Below, one piece after another: positions 1 through 12,669 of a stretch of 64,000 bases of DNA. This DNA is from Lingula anatina. Lineage: Eukaryota; Animalia; Brachiopoda. Below the pieces are notes generated by a model, which saw only the letters and a program-made list of their open reading frames with translations, had not been told where the DNA came from and searched no databases. Location: the NCBI GenBank assembly GCA_051362555.1, contig CM120641.1, positions 20,212,001 to 20,276,000 on the forward strand, in the 5' to 3' direction. The translations under genes and the position numbers were made by a program. Positions within the stretch are counted from its first letter, which is position 1; each line of letters opens with the position of its first letter.

Positions 1-76
1 CGATGTATTTTTTAAAGTGGTCAGAGTTGAGCTCTTTGGCTTCATCAAATGCTTTTAAGAGTTTATGGGGCAACTC
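1..76 (-). CDS. SOS: SOS coding exon 20 (CDC25 domain, truncated by window edge)
   Basis: cag acceptor, then [25 protein letters not shown]. Confidence 0.9.
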
Positions 77-3000
77 CTGCAAACAAAGCAAATATAAACT
101 GTGTAGAAGAAGAATAGTTACATAAGTAAAACCAAGGAAAATATTCTTAAATCAATCAGACAAATTCTAATTACTATTTTTTAAAATTTAAACAGGTGGA
201 TTATTGTTTTTTAAACCATCTTGTCAATGAGTAAATTGTAAAATCTCATGTGGGGTAAGCAGAAATAAAAGCAGCTTTTATTGGCCCAGTATCAATCAAG
301 GAATATATTGTGTTTGCCATTCAGCTCTTCAACAGGATCATATATTACTCAAAATGGACAAGATATCAAGCAAGTAAAGTGGAAAAATTTTAACCTTTCC
401 CACCTCCCCAGAAAGAACCACAAATGATGATAAAATGGAGAACAGAAATTCCTCTGTATTATACACTACTCACAATAAACGTGTGCTCTAGTCTGTACAC
501 AGGAGCTGAGTGGAGAGCGCTGACAACTTCCAACATCCCGTTGAAGTTATTTAACTCTTGAAAGACCAGCAGGATTTCCAAGGTTCTGGACATCACAGCA
601 ATTCTCTCCTCAAAGTTATCAGCCTCAATTATACATCGCTCCAGCCAGAATGTGAACTGAAATTGAGAAATGAAAATTACAGTATTAGCTGCTTGTTTAA
701 TTCAGGCATTTGAGTCACACATATATTCATATTACGTTGGAATTCAGTGGTTGCTGAAAATCCACATCTATGTTATCAACATGCTGATGTGGTGAGTTTT
801 CAGTGACCTCTGAAACTCAGGTATACTGTGGATTAAAAAAATGCTTAGTCTAAAATTCAATTTATGTCACTTCAATTTATCTAATTATTTATTTATATTA
901 TATTATATATTCTTTATGAAAAGAATTCAAAGAATTGTGTGTCACCACTCGAATCAGTCATCAACAGGACAAACTGGGCTTTAACAACATGGGAACGCTA
1001 TTTCATATAACCTTCTTCGATCATAGCAACATGAATATTTATAATAAAATATGTTACATTCCTGTGTTCCATATCAACATGTAATGGTATTGTGTTATCT
1101 TTTGACTTCTAAATTCCAGCTTACCATGGTGGAGTGATGAATCATTTTAAGCAGATTTGGAGATGTCTGGTTCTTTTCTTTTTTTATCCACACACTGCCT
1201 ACAAGCTCTGAAGGTTTCACTGCTCGGTACAGATCAAATTCCAACAATGTCACCTGCCTTGCTATCTCTATTGGATGAAGCTAGAACAATATTATGAATA
1301 AACTCACATATCTAATGTACAAATACTGTTGTAAATGTTACAAATATTACAGATTAAAGAAATCTGTTATCAAATGTAAATTCAGCTTGAAAATATATAT
1401 CAACAAAACATGTCTCAGAAGTTGCAGACAGCTCTCACACCCATAATTTATGACTAAAAAGTGAATATCATGTGACTGACTGACTGACATCATTATTTAT
1501 TTAATTACAGACAAAATCACATTAGTTAAAATAAATGACACTTTAGAAAGCGCAAAAGGCAAAAGAAAAAAGTACAAAAAAGGATTGTAGGGGGCATTGA
1601 TTAACATATATTGATAAGCCAATAAACCATCAAAGAAAAGTTTCTAATGGAGAAACAGTCAAATAAATAAAATAAAAAAGAAAGCAGTGAAGTCTTATGG
1701 CATACTTAAAGGGTACAGCAAAGAGAGAGAGAGAGAGAGAGGGAGAGAGGGAGGGAGACAGATTGTCCTCTAACAGACACACTTACTGTCATGAGATTGT
1801 ACTCATCAGGTGTGCGGGCTGCATACCACTCAATCTGAGGTGGGGTCACACTTAGGACCACTTCCGGCTTCTCTCCACCAGGGATTTCCTGCTGCAGGCA
1901 AACAAAACATACAACTAGTCCAAGACAAAGATACCCAACCACTTACTGAATTCCCTCTTTCTTTGTGAAACCACTATATATGCATTTTTACACAATATAG
2001 TGTCTCTTGAGGCACTATGCTATATTTGCATCTTTTTTTTCTGTTAGTATATTTTTTAAAATGTATAAATACATAAATAATATATATAATAGATATATAA
2101 ATAAATATGTACAAATATATCTAGAATCCTACAGCAGCTCAAACAAAATGGTTAAACATATAGATTAGTGCATTTCTGATCTGAATTTAAATTCTTACAA
2201 ATTAAATATGAATATTTATCACAAATTTAATTAAATTGAAAAAAATTCCACTTGAATTCCTGTGGTCACTTACCCTTCTCTGTATGATCTTAGTAATGGA
2301 CTCTACCCACTTCCTCATGGCTTTGCCTTTCACTGTATCCAGGAACTCCTTCAACTTGTCCTGTAAATCTGAATCTCTCTCAAAGTCATAGAAATGGTTG
2401 TTGACCCAGTGCCTTAGTACATTAAGTACTCTGAAAATAGTAGTAATAGTTATTAAAATGTTAAGCAGAAGATAAAATATTAGAGATAGAGTGGACTCCA
2501 AATAATTCATCACTTTATGATTTTTGGTTTTTTTAATCTTAATCTGTGGAATGAAGTTTTTTTTAAATATTAGCTGAAACTTATTAATGTTTCCTTAACT
2601 CAAATCTTCGTATAACTCAACATGAAGCCTACTGAATATCATATTGACACTGTGATTCATATAACACTGAAAATAAAACTGCCACTATGTTCTGTAAAAA
2701 GGTATAATGATATGCAGAAATCAATGAAAAGTCTTTTTCATAGAAACACAAATCTTTTATATAGATGGTTTAATCTAAATGACTGAGAAATGAAGAAAGT
2801 GTACACATAACCCATTTTGACAGATTACACATATCACACTTCTGTTAAAAAATATTCCAAATTGAACTTCTGACAGTATAAATTTGACCATTTCCTATAT
2901 TAAAATCTTGAGCCAAATTTTCATTGTCACATATTTTTTTCACAATCTACCTCACTTGATATAAAAATAACTTTCATAACATATCCATAAAACCAATCAA

Positions 3001-5127
3001 CTTACCTAAACTGAATTGGTTTAACAAACTCTTTCCGAAATCGTTTGATTTCTTCCCTGTATGCCAAGTCGTCCAGTTCTTTCACAGGATCCACAGGTAA
3101 TGGCTCAGGTATATTAAATGTGCTACTGAGTTAAGGCTTTTATATTCTTACAACTAAACACATCTCTGGCACCATGAATAATGGAAGAGAAAATATGGAA
3201 ACGCAACAGATATCTTTGGAAGGTATTTACATCAATTGAAAAAGATTGTGTAGCTTTTTTTTCATTTTAAATAACAAACCACACAAGTCAATCACACAAT
3301 GATAATTAATCATAAAAACATTAATGACATCATTAATGTACACTTGTCATTTAAAGATAATTGTAGGTACATACAAACAAACTAATACAATAAATTTTTC
3401 AAAGGATATCTTTCTATTAACAAGTCCAAAAGTTCTTGTGGAGTACAAAATGACCGGAAAGTGGTCAAAAAAGTCCGAACAAACTTTGGATCAGCATATC
3501 TGTACATATGGTAGGTCAGTCTTTCTACTAATTTTAAAAGAGTTCCTCCTTTTATGAGTGGACTTTCTCCTTCATACTTTAAGTTCTGTTCAAAGACAAT
3601 ATTTTCAGGAGTATCTTCATCTCCAAACCTTAAAAGAGGTATATAAAATGACTTTCTTGTCCATTCAAATGTGAAACAGATCAACAACTGTTCATAAAAC
3701 AATTACAGGGGCAGATTTAGGCCGTCTTCTGGGTCTTCTGGAAGACTTTCAAGATTTTCAAGTTTACATTGACAGGAATCTATTTTTTGCTGTCGGAAGA
3801 CGGTCAAAAATGGAGGATGGTAACAAAGATAATTTGTAAAACTGTCAGAAAATATCTCTAGATCCGCCCCTGAATTATGCAGACTTTAAACAAATGGTGT
3901 GATGGGGCCATAGCGACGACCCGAAGGTTCAATAGTCCTAAGGTTCATTGGTATGAATGTTCACTATAGAACCTTCGGACCTATAAACCTTTAATTAAAA
4001 AAAAAAAACGATGAAAATGTTACCATTTTCCAGACCAATGAACCTTTGGACCAACGAACCTTTGGACTATTGAGACGCCCCCCGTGTGATAAATATGGAT
4101 CAGTAACAGTTCCAAATTACCAACATTTTTTAATACCTTAGCTTAAAAGTGTTTTGTTGAAAAAGTTTTCCATTTTAAATATCATATTATATATTTGTGT
4201 ATGTTATTTTTCCACTAGTTCATAAATAAAATAAGCCCACCTGTATTCTTCCTTTGATGGCAGTCTGAGAGGAGCATTCTTTTCTTCTTCAACTAAAATA
4301 CTGTCCAACTTTCTGTCTAACATACTGAAAATCAAGAAAATATGACACGTCAATACAAAATATTCCCACACACACAAAAAAAACAGAACAACACTACCAA
4401 ATGGTCACAATATGGACAAAAGACTTGCAAAAATAGGGAGTGAAAAACCAAATGTGAAACAAACAGCTGGTACTTTGGGGCTCATCTTCAAATAAATACA
4501 TTAATCATACCGAGCACATTACACCTTTAAAGTACATGCCTCTTTCATAAGTATCACAGGGTGGGGCAGATTTTCTTAAACACAGACAAGCTGTCAAATA
4601 TCAATGGCGTATGGCCAATACAGGAATGCAAGATTTGTGCGCCTATGTGTGTCTAACTGTACATAATCATATATACATTGACTGATTAATCCATGTAGAA
4701 ATTTTTGAACAAATAAATCTTGCTTTTGTCCCGACTTTGCTATAGTTTTGGGGTTATAGGAAAATTATCAGTCCCAAGAAATAGTTAGTCATATGGGGAC
4801 AAAAGAATTGCTTGTTCCCTCTAACCTAGTCTACAACTGTATGATATATGTATATCCTACCTTCTGGTATGCAGTGCTATTAGAGCTGCCATCCAGTTAC
4901 ATTTCTCTTCATAAGTTTTGGCAACTAGTGTGACACTGGGATGATCACGCACCTGGAGCTCAAATGCGTTCTTCAAATCTGAAATGACAGTTTTCGTTTT
5001 GATGAAACCTTAAGGCTGCTTTTCAAGCAAATTCCAAAGAACTTTGAGGAGTTTCATAAGTCATAGACGAAAAATTTTGTACAAACTGATGACAACTGAT
5101 TTGATAAATAAGTAAATAAATAACAAA

Positions 5128-5166
<39 letters not shown>

Positions 5167-7247
5167 ACACCGATTTTTGTGCTATCTTGTCATAACTTAA
5201 CTTGTGTCTTAAAACTGGTAATCAAATGTCACTTTCTGGATATTCAGTAATCAATTTGGTCACTATGTACCCATGACATAAAAAATGCCCAGATAAAAAC
5301 ATCCCACGCCACTACCTTCAGCATCCTCATGGTCGATCACATCCACCTTCCTCATATAGAACTTCTCTTTCAGCCTAAACTCCACTGCAGGACCTATGGT
5401 GACTGAAGATCTACGGAGGTTTTGTTTACACAAGATAATGAGACCATCAAAGAGGAACGCCTGGCGCTCTCGTAGGTTCCTGCCTGTTTGCTTGAGTAGC
5501 ACCCCCTCTGAAGAAGAAATTCACAGATATTGCATGACACACTACCAAAAAGATCCTGTGGTGTGTTCAAGTCACATGATGGTATATCAAGGTATTCTTC
5601 TAGTTTAAAGTTGAAGTTACATGATATTTCACATTATACAATGAGACTGCGATTTCCAATAAAAAATCACTTACTGTAAAGAACATATGCATTCTGCTTT
5701 TGTTTTCCAACTTCTAACATAAACTATTTTATCTTAAAAACCTTAAGCTCCAGCTGGCATGTTAAATGTTTGTCAAATTTTAAGACCTTTAGTACTTCTA
5801 ATTTAAAAGAAAAATGAAAGAAAATATATGTACTTGGATGTTTTAGTCTTTTTGTTGAAAAGAAGATGGCTTATGTCCAATGCACTGGAATGCAAGTTTT
5901 TTTTACAAATTGGCACAATAAATATTAAAAAAACAAACATAAATATGCTACCATGGTAAAATTAACAACAACATTCTTACCCATGACAAACTCATTACAG
6001 CTCTGTCTTATGGCCTTTCCCTCCCAACCATCTATCTGTTTCTGTAACTCATTGATTTTGTGAAGGGTTGCTTGTCTGCCTAATTGGCCATGAAGGCGAA
6101 AAGTTGACTCCCTGAAATATAATAATAGACCTCTCAGATTTTCTGCTCTCGACCTTTAAATCTGTAAACAACCTGTGAGCCTGATATTAAAGGTATTCTG
6201 TACTTTTGAATTAAGATGCAAAGTGCTCCCATAAATAAGAACGCTGACAAATTGTGCTTAACTAAAAATATTCTTACAGGTGACACATTTGACTCCAGAT
6301 AAACAAGTAGCATAATAAGATAAACTACTCAATCTTTTCTCACATCTCCTTAAAATAAACTCAATCTTTTCTCACATCTCCTTTATATAAAGACTTACCC
6401 TGGTTTTCTCTTTGCCAACAGTCCTGCAGATTTTTTCTCAACTTCGGTTTTTAGAGGTAACAGCATACTTTCTGCTTCCTCTAGACTCTGTTTGTCCTCT
6501 TCATCTATACTAGCATCCTTCAGTGCCTATATAATAGTGAAAATAATTCAGTGCATGTTAAAACTGAAGTTTTAATCAACAGCTTTTACTTTTTTGCAAC
6601 TTTCTTTGTGCATTTTAATGTTACATCCCGTGGCAACGGACCATCTTATTCTTTTCCATTGCTAAGTAGCCATGTAATACAACGGTGTGCGACTTTCTCC
6701 AGCAATAAATAAAAAGATAAAGACACCTCAGTCAGTACTCATTTAAATCATCCTTACCTTTATAGACTCAAAATAATGTAGAAAATGATAAATAGGACCC
6801 AGCAGCAGCTTGGGCAGCACATATTTCACAGCCTCAACAAATCCCTGGCCAGCAGTCTGGAAATTAAAGATAAAATGTACATGTATAGCAGAGTACTTGT
6901 GAATACTTGTTAAGACAAGGGCACATGGAAATTTGCATATTTGATGACCAGTGTATGATCTTTGAAAAATGCCTTCAAGTAAACAGTGATAAAACTTAAA
7001 TCATCTACTCCATTGTGTGGCAAATTTGAAAATATAATATATGACATCAAAAATACACTCACAAATTTTACACAAACAACTGATTGTACCAATTGAAGGC
7101 AGTATTAAATGATTTCATGCGTACCTGAAATGTAAGGCTAACATCTTTTCTTTGTAACAAAGTATTCAATCTGTCCCTAGCATGGGGCTTCATCATGTCT
7201 TCTGTGTACTTTCCATACACTTCAAATTCAGCACCCTAAAACAATCA

Positions 7248-7278
<31 letters not shown>

Positions 7279-10200
7279 GCATTAAATAGGTTTTTCAATG
7301 CCTCTTGTGCAATAAGCTGAGTCAGATATGTGGTCAAGACCCTTTAAAAAAGGGTTAAAAAATCATACATGACTGGCAGGAAACAAGTTTAGTCTCTTTG
7401 GTAACGATTTATATTTAACTATAATGGATAATATTGACAGAATACTAATCAACTGAAAAATAATGGTAATTTCCATTTTAAACTTTTATCTAATTTGGAG
7501 TCAGTATTTTCTTTTCTAAAATTTTGTGTAATGTTGTAAAAACACTTCAGTATACATACTGTCATATCCTCACTTTGAGCAGACTGCTCATCATTTACTA
7601 TGCATTCAAATACTTTGGCTGATATTCTATTAAAATACTTAAACTAATTCATACAATTTGAATTAGGATTCATATCTGTCTGTGCAAAAATTTCTTCATA
7701 AATGAATAAATAAATAAATTTATCAATTAATAAACTTACTTCAGCAATTTCTTCAAAACATCCACCTATAAGCGGAGGTGTGTTTTCATCTGTCATCTCC
7801 ACTGTGTCCTCCAGGGAGCTCAACAACTTGGATGTCAAGTTGCGAATATCTAGAACATTGCTGAATATCACCTCAAGATCCTGTAAAAAAATGAAAAAAA
7901 TGTAGGAAAAAAATTTCTCAGTTTCATCATTCATGATGGATTGCGTCACAAATTAAGATAATTCAATACTTTCAACTTTTGGTACAATATAATTTGAAAA
8001 CATAAATAACGACAAAAACACTAACAAATAACTTATAGTAATTTACTGTCTAGGTAGATAAAGACTCAACTTTCTTAGAAGCACAGACAATTACAAAACT
8101 AAAAAGGGATTTATGAACTACTCACCTTGCTCTTGGGAAACAGGTTTGCAAAGGGTGCTCTAAACACTTTGATTATCATGTCCAACTCCCTTAAGTATTG
8201 GGTTTCTTCTAGCACCAAATCTTTGACAATTTCTTCATATGTGAGGGAATCCCGTCTTACTGGCTCCTCTTCTACTGTTAGAGACACCTCATCATCTTGA
8301 AAGAACATGTCCATCAGCACCTACATAGATAAAATCACATTATACTTTAACAATAAAACCTAAACCAATAAATATAACTAGAACAGTTGATTGTTACAGG
8401 TTTCAATAAAAAATTTACCAAAAGATATTTACCAAAAGGCATATTTTAAGTGGATTTTTGCATGCAGGCACTTCAGTGTGTGCGAGTGTATGATAAGTAT
8501 TCTGTGTGCGTGTGTGTGTCTGTGCGTGCGTGCGTGCGCGCGAGCAAGGGAGGGGCACACTGACCTTGTCTGCACACATGGCCACCTTAATGTCCTGGCA
8601 TGTGATCTCCTGATGCTTGATATTTTTAACATAATTGCCCGCCAGCTGAAAAAATAAAAGTCATACATTAAGAAAAAGTTTTCAACATTTGGTATTTTCA
8701 AAAATCATCAGATCATTTTAATCTTTTTATGTCATACCTGACCTTTTGATGCTTCAGTTTCTTTACCTAATCACTTACCAGCTGTAATAACCAAGATCAT
8801 TTATAAAGAAAAAATTCACATCTGGTCTTTCTTGAAATAATTTTCTCTTTCTTTGTTGTTGATTGCATTTTTGCCTTGACTGCTTTATCCAATACAATAA
8901 TTGTATTTACTTTCAACAAAAATAACATGGCAACAAAGCTGTCAAATGGACAGCCATACAAAAATCAAAACTGATAATGATACTAATAATAAAAACATGA
9001 AAAATATCAAATAAGAGCCTCATCCTGCATACTATAAAAACAAAAACTATTGTAACTGAGATGAAACAAGTATCTGTTAACCATTCTTGAAATATTCAGA
9101 AAAATACAAGATGCAGTTTCCCCTTTTATCATGGATACAGTGCAAATAGTGCACAATGACAGCACCATTTCCAGTGATGACAAAAATGATCACTATATTG
9201 GCCAGACTATGGCTGTCAATAAAAGACTAAAAAATAAATCCAAAATACCAAATTACAATCTAGTCATGCATGAATAACAATACTTTTAAATAATTTGAAT
9301 CAAAGGACACAAAAAAGAATTTACCTTCAGTATGTCAGCAGCAATGTACTCCAGGACTGCCACAACATACAAAGACACTTGGAAATCCACCTTGTATCCC
9401 AACACCTCCTGGTAATGATAAACAATTCAGAATATTAATTATACTAATTAAATGGAAAAAAAAACTACCTGATACACCAGTACAATGGGTTGAAAAAAAA
9501 AAAGACCGAAGAAATGTTTGATCATGGGACTTCTAGTTTTTATCCCAGTCCAGCACATTTTTAGTCATAAAACATGATCATGAGACATGATTGAAACAGG
9601 GTGTTCACTGAATTAACTTGTATCTTTTGCCAGAAAAAATATCAGAAAATCTAACTCTCATGCTTTAGGGTGTCCAATAACATTAATGGCCTCTCCAATT
9701 AAACTATGGTTTATCAAATTAGTCAAAAAGACCAAACAAAACTGAAACTGAAATAAAACTGTAACTGTGTGATGATTTTAACAAAAATATCATATGGGAG
9801 TAAATCCTATACTAAGATTGCATATGTCTTTGTTAAACATAAGTAAAATACAAGCTAAGAAAAAGAATAAGTTCTATTTAAATATCACTAATAGTATAGG
9901 ATTAAAACAAAAAAATAATTATGGCTTCATCTAACAAGTATATAATCCTATAAAAGCTATATCTATTTTGTGTTATTAAATAAAGCACTTGATTTTCGTG
10001 TGTCTGTTCTAGCTGGCTTTCTTTTGCCTGAAAACTTGTAGACTTAAAATTATTTAAAGAACTAAAAAAGACATCATCCATGAATCAGTTCATACAAAAA
10101 GAAACTGCCCATAAACACTCCCATCCTCAAGTGAGTAATTTGTTTTTCAGTTTTTGCATCCAATAAATATATGAGGAAGTCAATTTCCTCGTCTCTAAAT

Positions 10201-12669
10201 TCCCTTAATATGGTTCAAATTGAATTTCCCTCATTGATTGTCCAATTCAACACAACAAGTACAAAAACAAATATGTAGCCATGACCTGTGTACTGTATAA
10301 AAAGGAACTGTAGATGCTGGTTTAAATGTCAAAAGTGAAAAAAAAGTACATCACACCTGTTATGGTAGCATCTTTATAAATAAGATTTTCCCTCAAGCAG
10401 TAAAATAATCCTATCTTTTATGCATTTGTTTATGTGCTTGTTATGTGTTATGTCAAACCAGTTATAACTTTTATGTCCTGCTCTTTTAAAAAGCCTTTAG
10501 AAGTTTTAAATATGTCATTTGATACAAAAAGACATCCATGATGAAAATCAGTTAAAAAGCATAGGATTAATGATTTTTTAAATTTTGTTACCAGACCATT
10601 TTGTAACCTCATTAATCCAAATCAAGTTGAATCATTATTCAAATTGAAACATACCAAGCCAATTTTTGTTTGATTTAAAAAGGAATAATGAAAGCAAGAT
10701 ATAATTTCAAAATCCTGTATAAATATCAAAGATTAAAAAAAGGGATTGTGGCCGTTAAAAATGAATCGAACAGAATGAAATGCTTTGAATGACCTTTAAA
10801 ACAAGAAATACTAGCTGGAAACCAAGAAGACTCAGAAAAGCAGGATGCGGTTACAGTGTGTTCATGTATCAAACTATATTTGGTGATAATGTGGTGGCAG
10901 TAGACAGAGAAAACTGAGAATAAAACTAAATGAAAGAAACTCCGGTAAATCCAGAGTTCCAACAATACTTCGGCATCATCTATTCTATGGGTGCATAGAT
11001 ACCTTACAGAGGGTCCACCTGGTTAAAGTTTAGTGTTGCTATTATTTTTTCTAGCAATGTAAAATTACTGGGAAATATATCGGCAGAAGGAGGGACAATT
11101 ATTGGGGGGGGTATGGAAGGTGTTCAATCAGCAAAATCATTTCAGACATTTTTTAAACATATTCTTTTTTTTATAATCACTAAAATTCTTAAATAAAAAG
11201 AGTTATTTCAATGTTGGATGAAAACATACTTCAACAAAAAATTTGCTCTAGACATTAAGGCCTCAGACACTTTCACATATTTGGATTTTTACACAGAATT
11301 TTCCCCTTCAAAAAGATATCAGAAAACCATTCATCAGTTTTACGTGAGCAGGTCTCCCCCCAGGTCAAGATCATTTTTCCCTGGTAGCTTATAGTGATAT
11401 ACCACATATGTAGTAGAGCATATGACAGGTCTCTGCAGCTAATAGTGAATTTTAGGCATTGAGGGGGTGATCAATTTTCCAAAGGCACTAATTAAATACC
11501 ATGCTTCTTAAATTCAAATGGTGCTATGAAGTTTATTTTGTGTTTAGCCTTTTTTTCCCCTAATTTTTGATCCAAAGTTAATTTTCAGATGCATAAGATT
11601 TTCTTAGACAAACTTTTAATATGGCACCTGCTCACTTCCTGCTATAGAAAAAACTACTAGTACATTCAAACACTTGTAGGGGTTTTATTTTGTACTATCC
11701 TTTACAATACAATCCAACTATTTTTATGGCAACTTTTTCACACTAAACTATCTTTCTTCACTAACTCTCTTGCCATGCTTGATACAGCCACCTTATTTTT
11801 GTCCTCAGTTGTAATGCTGCAAACATGGCCAGCAAAGCATGTATGACAGGCCTTGAAAACTGCTACACCTGTCTTTAAACCAATGTTATAAATATCTGAA
11901 AAACTTAGCAACATTCAAGCTGTCTCACTTCCTTACCCTGATAAGCAACGGGTGAATTTTATCGACAGGTAAAACCAACGGGGACTTCTTCTTCCCCTTT
12001 TCCAGCGCATTTTGTGCATCGCTGACGGCCCATTTATCAATTGGATGAGGGAACGTCTTCTGCACACGATCCTCCACTTCTTGTACGTTATGCGGCTGGC
12101 AGGAACAGAGCATGCCAAGGAGTTGGAAAATCAATGTTTCGATATATTCCAAAGCATCCTCTCGGCAGCTTAGAGAAGGGTGCACTTGATGCTGCACCTA
12201 ACAAAAGACAAGAAACAAATCAGTTTCTCAATTAATATAATACATTTAAGGTATATGAGTGTGACTATCTGAAAATTTTGAATGTTTGAAGGCTGTCAGC
12301 AACAAGATCTTATTCACATTAACTAATTCATCCATATGAATTTGTCTAAATATCTATAACAACAGACACAAATCATAATGACAGTAGAATCTGTTGATAA
12401 TTATGACCTAGAAACTTACATAAGTCAATTTTCTCGAACTGTGGTTTCTTTTCACAGTAAAATAAGAATTCAAACTGTGAGCTATCCACATATTTCTTAT
12501 ACTAATGAGATAAAACAAAAAACAAAGCAAAACAAAAACAAGGATATTGTTTTACCTTCTGTAGTGCTGCCACCAAAAGGCTCTTCCATTTTGCAGAATT
12601 ATCCTCCGATTCAAAGTTATAGATACTCTGCTCACTACCACTAACAGCTATAGGAGACAGTATACTCAT
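1..12669 (-). CDS. SOS: Son of sevenless Ras/Rac GEF, spliced CDS, 3'-partial. join(12556-12669, 11937-12197, 9325-9408, 8565-8645, 8126-8320, 7740-7880, 7125-7235, 6758-6856, 6399-6526, 5981-6111, 5316-5507, 4861-4978, 4241-4324, 3410-3628, 3006-3119, 2274-2430, 1787-1891, 1125-1280, 474-656, 1-76)
   Basis: The 20 exons join in frame (about 916 codons) with GT-AG boundaries except one AT-AC intron. Peptides match SOS1/2 motifs: [101 protein letters not shown]. Confidence 0.97.
474..656 (-). CDS. SOS: SOS coding exon 19 (CDC25 domain)
   Basis: [61 protein letters not shown]; AG/GT boundaries, 183 nt. Confidence 0.95.
1125..1280 (-). CDS. SOS: SOS coding exon 18 (start of CDC25 domain)
   Basis: [52 protein letters not shown]; 156 nt. 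Confidence 0.95.
1722..1758. repeat. (GA)n microsatellite
   Basis: agagagag... run read directly in a SOS intron. Confidence 0.9.
1787..1891 (-). CDS. SOS: SOS coding exon 17
   Basis: [35 protein letters not shown]; CAGCAG tandem acceptor, GTAAGT donor. Confidence 0.9.
2274..2430 (-). CDS. SOS: SOS coding exon 16 (REM domain)
   Basis: [52 protein letters not shown]. Confidence 0.96.
3006..3119 (-). CDS. SOS: SOS coding exon 15 (REM domain), following the AT-AC intron
   Basis: (R)[38 protein letters not shown]; preceded by an AC acceptor and a U12 branch site. Confidence 0.93.
3120..3409 (-). other. U12-type (minor spliceosome) AT-AC intron, 290 nt
   Basis: 5' end ATATCCTTT (3409-3401), branch site GCCTTAAC (3137-3130), ends ...GTAGCAC. 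Removing it restores ...LLIER|FNIPEP in frame. Confidence 0.95.
3410..3628 (-). CDS. SOS: SOS coding exon 14 (REM domain)
   Basis: [72 protein letters not shown]. Confidence 0.96.
3706..3872. mobile_element. MITE-like non-autonomous DNA transposon
   Basis: Terminal inverted repeats CAGGGGCAGATTTAG ... CTAGATCCGCCCCTG (13/15 match), flanked by AATTA on both sides. Confidence 0.75.
3904..4083. mobile_element. MITE-like element with subterminal ~15-bp repeats
   Basis: GGGG...CCCC ends; inverted arrays TCAATAGTCCTAAGGTTCATTGGT / ACCAACGAACCTTTGGACTATTGA; 7-bp flanking direct repeat GTGTGAT (3897-3903 and 4084-4090). Confidence 0.75.
4241..4324 (-). CDS. SOS: SOS coding exon 13 (PH-REM linker)
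   Basis: [27 protein letters not shown]; phase-2 boundaries on both sides. Confidence 0.93.
4861..4978 (-). CDS. SOS: SOS coding exon 12 (PH domain, C-terminal part)
   Basis: [38 protein letters not shown]. Confidence 0.95.
5105..5167. repeat. (TAAA)n microsatellite
   Basis: Read directly. Confidence 0.9.
5316..5507 (-). CDS. SOS: SOS coding exon 11 (PH domain)
   Basis: [63 protein letters not shown]. Confidence 0.95.
5981..6111 (-). CDS. SOS: SOS coding exon 10 (DH-PH junction)
   Basis: [43 protein letters not shown]. Confidence 0.94.
6399..6526 (-). CDS. SOS: SOS coding exon 9 (DH domain)
   Basis: [42 protein letters not shown]. Confidence 0.92.
6758..6856 (-). CDS. SOS: SOS coding exon 8 (DH domain)
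   Basis: [33 protein letters not shown]. Confidence 0.95.
7125..7235 (-). CDS. SOS: SOS coding exon 7 (DH domain)
   Basis: [37 protein letters not shown]. Confidence 0.92.
7740..7880 (-). CDS. SOS: SOS coding exon 6 (DH domain)
   Basis: [47 protein letters not shown]. Confidence 0.95.
8126..8320 (-). CDS. SOS: SOS coding exon 5 (start of DH domain)
   Basis: [14 protein letters not shown]...[38 protein letters not shown]. Confidence 0.95.
8565..8645 (-). CDS. SOS: SOS coding exon 4 (histone-fold domain)
   Basis: [27 protein letters not shown]. Confidence 0.95.
9325..9408 (-). CDS. SOS: SOS coding exon 3 (histone-fold domain)
   Basis: [28 protein letters not shown]. Confidence 0.95.
11937..12197 (-). 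CDS. SOS: SOS coding exon 2 (histone-fold domain)
   Basis: [20 protein letters not shown]...[17 protein letters not shown]...[12 protein letters not shown]. Confidence 0.96.
12556..12669 (-). CDS. SOS: SOS coding exon 1 (ATG at 12669; exon acceptor at 12683)
   Basis: [38 protein letters not shown], similar to the SOS1 N-terminus [22 protein letters not shown]. Confidence 0.9.

Noticed and set aside
2591-2599. Perfect U12 branch motif TTCCTTAAC
   Set aside because: It is on the strand opposite SOS, inside an ordinary GT-AG intron.
6325-6385. 32-bp tandem duplication containing two TTCTCACA (Su(H)-like) motifs
   Set aside because: A simple local duplication in a SOS intron, not an inverted Su(H) paired site.
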